Source: Octopus sinensis (taxonomy: Eukaryota). From it: a stretch of DNA of 64,000 nucleotides. Within the stretch, counting starts at the first letter, position 1. Every line of letters begins with the position of its first letter. Position numbers and translations under genes: made by a program. Under the pieces are notes generated by a model that was given only the letters and a program-made list of their open reading frames with translations, made no database searches and was not told the origin of the DNA. The DNA is taken from assembly GCF_006345805.1 (NCBI RefSeq), contig NC_043026.1:5270001-5334000 (forward strand), given 5' to 3'. Positions 12,188 through 22,379 of the stretch are shown here, in pieces.

Positions 12188-12580
12188 TGGGTGTATTAAA
12201 TTAAATTAATTTCAATTAAATTAAATTGAATTAAATTGAGCCTCCGTGGTTTCAAATCCTGAAAAACCTAAATACTTTTATTTTCCAACTTATTTCATTC
12301 CTATAGACTCAAAAAGAATGGGTGTACTCAACTAAATTAAACTAAATTAAATTGAATTAAATTGAGCCTCCGTGGTTTCAAGTCCTGTAAAAGCTAAACC
12401 AATTATTTTCCACAACTTATTTTATTCCTATAGACTCAAGAGGAATGGGTGCATTAAATTAAATTAAGTTCAATTAACTTAAATTGAACTAAATTGAATT
12501 AAATTGAGCCTCTGTGGTTTCAATCCTGTAAAAGCTAAATCAATTACTTTCTACAACTAATTTAATTCCTGTAGATTTTT
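12188..12580 (+). repeat. Three ~130-bp tandem repeats in the palindrome centre
   Basis: ATGGGTG...AATTGAATTAAATTGAGCCTC.GTGGTTTCAA..CCTG units start at ~12188, ~12318 and ~12445. Confidence 0.9.
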
Positions 12581-12937
12581 AGGAATGTAGAAGAAAATTT
12601 ATGTATGCAAAAGGGAATCACGTCCCTAAATTTATTCAGAATGTGCGGTCCATAACACCTAAGGATGGTAAGTGATTTTACCTTATGCATAGCCTACACT
12701 TGTTGATATTTCTCTTGAAATTTGGGGTTTTAGAAATGATGGACCATTCTAGATGATAATTCTTATTATTTTCCCTCAGGTTGTGTATATGTGAGGCTCA
12801 ATTTAATTCAATTTAATTCAATTGAAATTAATTTAATTAAATACACCCATTTTTTTTTTTTTTTTTTTTACCGCCTTTTCTTTCTCTACTGCTTTAAAAG
12901 AAAATTCTTTTACTGCTTTATTTCTCTCTTTTGGGCT

Positions 12938-14088
12938 TTTTTCGTCCGAACCACACGTGTTTGCTAAAGTAAGTTGCTGAATATTTATCGTTGAATTATT
13001 GTTGAACGTTTTTGTTATACGGTTTTTGGTTTTTGTCTACCCACATATTTGAACAGGAAAACCACTGGAATTAGGGTGGAGGGAATACCCCCACATATAG
13101 AAGGTGAATGGATAGCGGCAGCGGTAATCAAAGGATGTGAAGAAGAGGTGGACATCCTCCATGCTACCATAAAATATGAAGGCTGGAGGGGTGCTACCCT
13201 AGATATGAATGTGCAAGCGGAGGCCGAAATACTGGAAAGGCTAACTGAAAACATAAAAATGGGAAATATCATCATGAGAGTGTGGGTGGAGGGCAGAGCC
13301 CCGCCCTGCTACAAGTGTGGCCTGAGAGGCCACATAAGAGCTAACTGCCCTCCCCCACCAAAGGAAATTGTTATAGAGGTACAAAGAGAAGAAGAGAATA
13401 AAGAAGAAGAACGGAATCCAGTGGAGTGTGAAACAACTGAAGAAGAGGCCCAGAACGAATGGGTAGAGGAAAGAAAAAAAAGAAAGAGAAGGAGAAAGTT
13501 GAACAATACTGAACCCCAATCCTCCCCAACACCACCCGCACCCTCTGAGTCCCATCCTTCCCCTGCAGACAGTGAACCCACCCGCTCCCCTCCAACAAGA
13601 AAACAAAAAACAAAAGATGCACACAGACAAGACACCAAAGAAGAACCCAGGCCAAACTTTGTATTTATGACAGGAAAGGGAAAAATTAAAAAGACAATGG
13701 AGGAATATAAATGGTGTGAGAGAGGACAGATCAGGTATGCAGTGATTGGAAAGGAACGAATGGACGATTTGATGACAAAGTGTGAAAGGAAGGATTGGGA
13801 AGTGAAGGAGGTGAGAATGATGGAAGAAACCGTGAGAGATTTGGAGGAAACGTTTAAAGTAAGAATGGAGATGAAAGGTTTTGTTATTGGAACTGAACGA
13901 GGAATATTTGTGTGGGAGTAACAACCAAAGGACAGGTAAGTGATGCTAGCGGATGGGGCCGTTAGCATCGCTTTCATATTATCACTTTCAAAATTCATTT
14001 TTCATTCGTTGTAATCGTATTGTTCTATGTCCCCAATGTCTTGTAGTGTCCCCTCTATGTCGCCCCTAGTGGGTAATAAAGAAATATC
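12938..14088 (+). mobile_element. ORF1-only Tx1-type element, copy B' (inverted duplicate of B with a ~497-bp 5' deletion that removes the ATG)
   Basis: ORF 13049-13921 is nearly identical to the C-terminal part of B; the 14-mer CTCTCTTTTGGGCT is at 12924-12937 and 14089-14102. Confidence 0.85.
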
Positions 14089-14720
14089 CTCTCTTTTGGG
14101 CTATCCGAGCATGAATGCCTCAATAGGAAAGCAAACAACATTGTGCTGGCCTATTACGCGATCATGTCTATCTTTATGTATATATATTTTTTTGCCCTGA
14201 CGAAGGAGGTATTATCTGGATGCACCCTAGTGCTTTAAACATAATACACCCCTGAAATGGCCATAGGGATAAGTAAATATGGTTCCCTTTTTAACTATAA
14301 GGCTTCTTTTACTTGATTAATTATTTAATAAGATTTCTAAACGATGAACTTTTATTTTATTTACATGGTATATATTATATATTTTTTATATGCTCCTATA
14401 TGTATATATATGTATTTTATATATTTTTATATACCTATATATTTTTATATATTACATTATATTATATATATTTTTACTTTCTAGGTTTTTCTTAAAAAAA
14501 TGTATTTTTCTGAATCACTGTATTAACTCTAAACTGTGATAAAAAAAAAAATTTTTCTCGCACCTTATTATTATTATATGCTTGTATGATTGTACAGAGA
14601 ATTATGTTCCATCTTGCGGGATGTTTATATGTATATTCTATGATTAAATGTTCGAATTATGAAATGATATGCGGATGACCTTGCATTTATTTGTTCAATA
14701 ACTTTAGTTTGATATACATA

Positions 14721-14756
<36 letters not shown>

Positions 14757-14775
14757 TGTGTATATTTGTATGTAC

Positions 14776-14822
<47 letters not shown>

Positions 14823-14829
14823 CATATAT

Positions 14830-15222
14830 CTCTCTTTTACTTCTTTCGGTCATTAGACTGTGGCCATGCTGGTGCACCGCCTTTAGTCGAAAAAATCGGC
14901 CCCACGGCTTATTCTTTGTAAGTCTGGTACTTATTTTATCGGTCTGTTTTGCCGATCCGCTAAGTTACGAGGACATGAACACACCAACATCGGTTGTCAA
15001 GCGATGTTGGGGGCGGGACAAACAAAGACACACACAAACACACACACACATATATACATATATACGATGGGGTTTCAGTTTCCATCTACTAAATCCACTC
15101 ACAAGGCTTTGGTCAGCCCGAGGCTATAGTTGAAGACATTTGAAAAGGTGCCACGCAGTAGGACTGAACCCAGAACCATGTGGTTGGTAAGCACGCTACT
15201 TACCACACAGCCACTCCTGCGC
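14830..15222 (-). mobile_element. tRNA-derived SINE of the most abundant family here (also ~15815-16190, 28250-28560, 29215-29580, 29690-29830, 32650-32810, 34280-34435, 50760-51090, 52010-52160, 54750-55050, 55430-55620)
   Basis: Head AGGCGCAGGAGTGGCTGTGTGGTAAG..GGGTTCAGTCC (A/B-box-like), recurring many times in the window. Confidence 0.85.
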
Positions 15223-16197
15223 CTATATTTTGCAAATATTTCAGGAAATTTTATCCTCATTTGAAACGTCAGAAAGAACGTTGTATAAGTAAATTTAAAG
15301 CTGGTGGTGTGTGTGTGTGTGTACTTACATGTACACACACATATATATAAACATGCATATACATAGACATACACGCACACACACACGTATATATAATATA
15401 TACATATATATACAGAGAATATGTGTGTGTGTGTGTGTGTTTATATATATATACACACATTTAACAACTGACAACTATCTTCTGCTGTCTGCACCCCCTG
15501 CCCCCTCTCTCTCTCTCTTACACGCTCAGTATCTCTCTATCTCTTCTTTTCTCTCTGTCGCACTCTTTCAATTGCAATCACTCTTTTCCTCTTTCTCTCT
15601 TCGTCTTTTCGCACACCACATTGACAGGTGTTCATGTATACCTATGTACGTACAGATATATATATATATACATATATATATGTATGTATGTATATATGCA
15701 TATATCTATGTATGTATTTATATTTAAATATATATATATTTATATATTTATGTATGTATATATTTGTATGTATGTGTGTATATATATATCTATATATGTA
15801 TGAACATATATCTCTCTTTTACTTGTTTCGGTCATTAGACTGTGGCCATGCTGGAGCTCTGCATTTAGTTGAGCAATTCGACCCCAGGGCTTATTCTTTG
15901 TAAGCGTAGTACTTATTCTATCAGTCTCTTTTGCTGAACCGCTAAGTTATGGGCATGTAAACACACCAGCAGCGGTAGTCAAACGATGTTAAAGGGACAA
16001 ATACAGACACACACACATATATATATATACACACATGCATATATACGACAGGCTTCTTTCAGTTTCCATCTACTCACGAGGCTTTGGTCAGCCCGAGGCT
16101 ATAGTAGAAGACACTTACCCAAGGTGCCACACAGTGGGACTGACCCCGGAAACATCCGGTTCGTAAGCAAGCTACTTACCACACAGCCACATGTATG

Positions 16198-16236
<39 letters not shown>

Positions 16237-16629
16237 TCTTGTTTTTTTATCATCTTTTAAATGTTAGGAATATCTTACAGATTTCATCGTTCTGGATATT
16301 GTGCTAGAATTAAAGCATTTCCTTCGTTCCCCAATACCCCCAGTTCAGCTATATTTCACTCCTAATTGGTTGGTACTTATGCTATTGCTCAAATAACAGA
16401 AGGGAGAAATTTATCCTGGGTACGGGATTTGCAAACACCTTATCAATCGTTGATAGACGTTTGCATTCTCTTGTACTTTTGTAGCCATATTGGTCACCAT
16501 AAGACTGTTGATTTCTATAACAGAACAGGTCGTTTCTTTTTGCTTGATTATAATATGTGTGCATGTATGTATGTTTGTATGTACTTACATATAAGAGTCG
16601 CAAGTGTATGTATGCCACTATATTTTTTT

Positions 16630-17470
16630 ATATATGAAAAATACAAAAATGGGACTAGAACCCTAAACTGCAGACAGTTAGGTGATATAAAAAAGGGACA
16701 ACAAAACATCCAGATGAAACGGGAATAAGGACAGGTCATTTGGAGTGTCTTTCCTCAGTTGAATTCCAGGTTATCTTTGCAATTTTGGCTGGTTATACTC
16801 CAGATTGCTCCAATCTGGCCAGCCCCAAGGAAAAGCTAAGCTAAGAGCATTAGATTCCTTGGAAGAAAGCAGTGAATGTATACAAAAACAAGGACAGAAA
16901 AAAATGGAGAAATGGTACAGAAATACAAATAACAAGACATTAACAAGAGGTGTCTTTCGACTAAGGACAAATTAAATTAAGCTGGCATGTGTGGAAGTAA
17001 AGCCTTACGGCAGGGCCATGAGGTTTGACAGGCACAGGGAGGAATATAGATGTTGCACGGATGGTAGTCGAACCAAGAAAGAAAGAGGAGTGCAGGTGAG
17101 CATGGAGAGAAGGCCAGGAAATGTGAGAGAGGGGAAATGAAAGAACGAAGAGTGGAATGAACGAAGTAAGTGTGAAGGGGCTGAGAGAAAGAAGGAAAGA
17201 ATAATAGAGTCATACAAAATTTAGATATATATATATATATATATATACATATCTACATACAAGAGACCAAAGTTTACGTACACCGCTTTATTTTATTTTT
17301 TTATATAAAAAATACAAAACTGGGACAAAAACGCAAAACATCCAGAAAGGTGATACAAGAAGGGGACAACAAAACAAGGATGGGTCATTGGGAGTTTTCT
17401 TTCCTCAGTTGAGTTCCAGATTATCTTTGCAATTTCGGCTGGTTATACTCCAGATTGTTCCAGACATTTG
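16630..17470. repeat. Repeat with a duplicated ~170-bp segment (16640-16810 and 17300-17465)
   Basis: TTTCCTCAGTTGA.TTCCAG.TTATCTTTGCAATTT.GGCTGGTTATACTCCAGATTG occurs twice; family not identified. Confidence 0.6.
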
Positions 17471-18147
17471 TATTTATGATGTAAATGCTGAGATGTTTGA
17501 AAAGAACCTATCCTCGCTGCTTTCTTGCTTTGTTTCTTTCCTTCCTGCTTTTGCTTCTCACATTCTCACCCTCTCTTCTTCTCTCTTACTCCCTCAATTT
17601 TTTGCACAGATCTTCGTCCTCCTGCTAAATTCCTCATCACCTACAGGGGCAGGAATTTCAGTTCCATCGAATGCTTTCCATTTTCTCAACAGACAAAGGC
17701 AGGAACAGCTGAAACTATTTCTTGTAAATATTTACCATCAATATTTCAGACATTTTTTAAAAGACTTGAATGTATGCCAGCAGTTGTTTTATGTGTGTGT
17801 GTGTGTGTGTGTGTGTATGTTTGTTGTTTTAGTGAGGGAAAGAGAGAGAGAGAGAAAGAAGAAAAGAAAGATAGAGAGAAAGGAGACAAAGGAAGAGAGA
17901 CAGAGAGGGAGAAAGAAAGAGGGAAATAGACAGATAGAGAAGAAAGAAAATCATAGTGATGGTGCCTGGTTATATTTTCAGTTTTTGGAAATAACAGAGA
18001 AATAGAATCTCTCTTATACATATATATATATATGGAGAGAAAATATTTTCCTCAGAGGGTTAAGATCAAGAAAAGTACCTTTATATATATATATATATAC
18101 ACACACACATATATATATATATGCATATATATATATATAAATATATA

Positions 18148-18198
<51 letters not shown>

Positions 18199-18372
18199 AT
18201 AAATATTAGGGAATAAATCCAAATTTACAGGGAAAAAAATCAGATTTAGGATTAAATCGATTTTATAGTAAAATATTATAAAATATTATTAGAGACAAAC
18301 CACTATTTTGCAAAACAAACAAGGAAAGACTTAATCAATACATAAAATTTTAATAAATAGTCAAAAAAACCG

Positions 18373-18415
18373 CCACTACAATCGTTTCTTGTCTTGATCG
18401 ATAATCTTCAGGTGG
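18373..18415 (-). ncRNA. Hammerhead motif (family 1, second copy)
   Basis: CCAC-CTGAAGA-TTATC(gatcaa)GACAA-GAAA-CGATTG-TA-GTGG; the downstream 18290-18370 is homologous to 1080-1180. Confidence 0.6.
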
Positions 18416-18539
18416 ACTTCCAATAATTTGACACTGAATTATATAAGAGATATCAGTAAGTAATAGTGAAATGAATTTACAAATGCTGGATGGGGTCAAG
18501 GTTTTCCTGAAATTCCGACGCTATTCTACAGGAATGCAG

Positions 18540-19005
18540 GGCAAGGCTTTGTGTGGTTGACTTTTTGTTGGTGTGTCATGTTTCGGCCGATATACTCTCC
18601 ACACTTGATCAGGTGTCTTGAGGAAATTTCAAATTGGGTTCTCATTTCTGATGTATTTTGTTATAATAATATTGTTATTATTATTATTGTTGTTATTCAT
18701 GTTACTGCCCAGAATCGAACTCTGAACCTTGAGGTTAGTAGCCTGCACTCTTAACCACTGGGCAATTAGAGAGTGAATTTCAGGTCTTATAAATCTAATA
18801 TTTTCCTATCCTTCCTTAATACCGGTTCCTATATGCTACTCATATCTGCACTCGGTCTGCTTAGGAGGTTGTTGTGTCCTTGCATATGGGCTCCTTTTTT
18901 TAGTTTTCGTATTTTCCAGTGGTGTTCTCTGTCTATTATTTTAACTTCGTCCCACAGGGGCAGATGGTCTCCCGCCATATATGTGGTGTGGTGGTTGTCC
19001 TTGTC
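18540..19005 (-). mobile_element. Penelope-like 3' fragment (GIY-YIG tail + tRNA-Asn-like segment + degenerate hammerhead)
   Basis: DHLPLWDEVKIIDREHHWKIRKLKKGAHMQGHNNLLSRPSADMSSI, then GGCTACTAACCTCAAGGTTCAGAGTTCGATTC, then GACAC-CTGATCA...GAAA. Confidence 0.75.
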
Positions 19006-19958
19006 TTGAACTCTGACCATTCTTGCCACAGGACAATTTCTGGTCAAATACAAAGACAGAAAGATAAACAAAGAGAGAGAGAGTGGGAATTGAAAGGTGT
19101 CAATTCTTTGACAATTTGGCCCTTTGGCTCTGGTCACACCACCATCATCATCATCATCATTAAAGCGTGAAAGTGGACAAAACACCAACGCTTATAAATG
19201 AAATGGTGTCTCAATTATGTTTTGTGGGACAAACAGACAGAATCTATCTTTTATATATTAAGATATATATCAATCTATCTAACAATGTTCTTCCTGTCAG
19301 AGGACAGAGAGAGAAAGAGGTGCTCTGCGATCATGCTAGAAATAGAGACCAAGCACTTCCATGGAGGGATGAATGGCAGGCTGGCTGGCTGCATGGATGG
19401 ATGGTTGGATGTATACATACATAAACGCCTGCTGTATGTATATATTGTATACAGTTGTTATTTCGTTCGTCTCTCCATCATTTCTTCTCCAATCCATTTT
19501 CCGTTTCGAAAATCTTAGCATTTTTCGCTTCCAGGTAAGATTACAATCAAAGGGAGAGAATTCTCCAAATGTAACAGTTTACGTTAAGAGTGATTTCCCT
19601 TGAGACTGAAAACTCTTCGCGTTTACAAAATTTTCTTTTCTCTTTCGGAGCAAAATTTCGTTCCATCTTTCTGTCCGTGTGTCGTTCTTTCTGCGTCTAT
19701 TTATCTGTATCCCTGATTGTGTGTATTTATATCTCTGTGTCTGTGCATGCATGCGTGCCTGTTTGTGTGTCTGTATTTATGTATGTATACATGTATGTGT
19801 GTACGTATGTATGTATGCGTATGTGTTTGTGTGTGTATGTACATGCATACGAATACTCTTTGGGTCAAAGTGAGAAAGTGGCGATGATGGTGGGGTTTGG
19901 ACCGCAGCTTCTGCTGCAAATACTAATACTACTGCAACTACTAATACTGCTACTGCTT

Positions 19959-19989
<31 letters not shown>

Positions 19990-20559
19990 CACTATACATG
20001 GAGGATATAAACTTGTTTTTCCCCTGATATCGATGTTATACATTCATGTGTGTGTGTGTGTGTGTGTTTTATTGCACATTACTCAAATGAAAAGCTGAGG
20101 ACCGCATCTATTTCATGCCAGTGGATGCGACCCTAGTCTGCCTCTTTCAGTTCAAACCAAGAGGGACCGACTGCTTCCACCTTCATCCTTCACGCACTCT
20201 TTTCACATCTTCTTTGCTGTTTCCATGAGAATTTGGTTTTCTGATTGAGGTTGTTAGCTGCAAGTCAGCCTCTTTAGGCTCGATGACAGGTGGATTACCA
20301 TCGGTCAATCTGGTACGGGTAACCCTGCCAAGAGCTTAAACTCTCACTAACATTTCCTTTTGGGTTATAGACTCATCCCAGCCCTCCTCTGTTGCGACAA
20401 GGTAGCGATCGTTCTGTGGAGCTGTGTCTATGGTAGTAAAAGATAGTGTTATTACAAGAGGTTCTTTTTTTTCTTTTAATGAAGAGAATCTATGGAAGAA
20501 AGAGGTTTTACTACCTGTAGATCCAGAGATCAGACACTCTAATTAGAAAGAGTATGGCA

Positions 20560-21446
20560 GAAGAACCTATTAATGACCTACAAGATAATTAGAAGCGGAT
20601 ATAACATTCTTCAAATTTATGACTAAACAAGGCATTGTTGTTAACAATCGTTGTTGTGACACGTCATTTTGCAACAGTGATGCTGAATAATTAAATTCGC
20701 TTTTCCACAAACTGATCATCTCAATCAATTCTGTGCAACAATCGATAAAATGAATTTATAGATTCATTTACAAATGGAATGTGTCAAACCATCTTAAAAA
20801 TTCGTGTATTGCGTTCTTTTACACAGATTAGGAAAAACAACAGAATATTTTTAAATAAAAGAATTTATAAAGATGAAGTAGATTTCTTCAGTATTGACTG
20901 TGAAGGACCAAGGTTTGTTGGAAGCCCCAGGAGGGGAAGATGGAATGAATTGTATGTTGAAGGGTTGTTTATGGTGAATCGAGACAGCTTCCCGGTTGCT
21001 CGTTTACAAACAGACGAATGTCCTGTTCAAGTAAAAGATTTTGATGTCTCTGAGGAAGGAAAGACAGTTGTGTGTGAAAAAGCCAATAATGGAAATGTTA
21101 AAATATTCGATGAAGACGGCCAGTTGCTACGTCACAGAAATGTTGCAAGTTTAGTTGGTGGTGTGTGTTTTACACAAGAATCACACATAATGGCCACGGT
21201 TCCTAAAAGGAAAGAAATATTTCAACTGAATGGAGAAGATTTGCAGACATCTCAAGTTTGGTCGAGTCTCATCCCTTATGGTGTAATATGGAGAAAAGTG
21301 GCGGGTATTTACTGGTGTGTACATAATGAATTGATTGAATGTCATTGCATAAAGATTGATGGGGACCAAGTGAACATTCTGGAATCTGTGTCGTCATTAA
21401 ATCTTGATTCTGGTCTTCGTTTCCCTTCCATTACATCTGAAACCAC
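20560..21446 (+). pseudogene. Fragmentary paralog of the 1815-aa beta-propeller gene
   Basis: 20843-21444 is homologous to the reverse complement of 43652-44250. 20560-20840 is only weakly similar and frameshifted, and the copy is cut off at ~21446 by a SINE fragment. Confidence 0.85.
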
Positions 21447-21495
21447 ATAATGTGGTTGGGAAGCAAACTTCTTAAAACACAGCCACTTCTGCGCC

Positions 21496-21900
<405 letters not shown>

Positions 21901-22204
21901 CACTTTAACAATAAAAATAATAATAACAATTGAATTATATGTAGTAAGTAATAATTAGAATCAAACTAAAGTATAATATAATCGTAACATAACAAAAGTA
22001 AAAATAGCAATTGGTATAAAATTGTATCAATGACTTGAACTTGAATAAGTGGTTTCACATGAATGGGAATAAATTAAAAATAAAATTAGCATGCAGAAAT
22101 GGAATAGTCCAGATGGATAATAAAAAATTAAATTAAAGAAAAGACTATTGTCTATAAAGTATACAATGTAGAGAAAAAAGAGGAGCTAACTATTCCATTT
22201 AATT

Positions 22205-22360
22205 GATCATTCCGCCGAGGTCGACTTTGCCTTTCATCCTTTCGGGGTCGATAAATTAAGTACCAGTAACGCACTGGGGTCGATGTAATCGATTTAATCC
22301 CTTTGTCTGTCCTTGTTTGTCCCCTCTACGTTTAGCCCCTTGTGGGTAGTAAACAAATAT
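22205..22360 (+). mobile_element. Core-SINE (Meta-like domain) with a Tx1-type 3' tail
   Basis: GAGGTCGACTTTGCCTTTCATCCTTTCGGGGTCGATAAATTAAGTACCAG core; tail GTCCCCTCTACGTTTAGCCCCTTGTGGGTAGTAAACAAATA. Confidence 0.7.
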
Positions 22361-22379
22361 ATTAAGGAGCTAACAACTG

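Larger units (their letters stand above)
8244..14715. repeat. ~6.5-kb imperfect palindrome (inverted duplication) with a ~550-bp spacer at ~12244-12791
   Basis: 8244-8870 is the reverse complement of 14089-14715, and 10537-12243 is the reverse complement of 12792-14088 apart from two deletions. Only scattered substitutions separate the arms. Confidence 0.95.

Noticed and set aside
9254-13998. Hydrophobic ORFs of 200-230 aa (9301-9912, 10627-11316, 10701-11384, 13241-13924, 13309-13998)
   Set aside because: They are antisense shadows of the purine-rich ORF1 genes and are duplicated only because of the palindrome.
19450-19540. Candidate plus-strand first exon ending CCAG|GTAAGA upstream of the pseudogene
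   Set aside because: No clear TATA/Inr and no similarity to the exon-1 cassettes; a lone donor is expected by chance.
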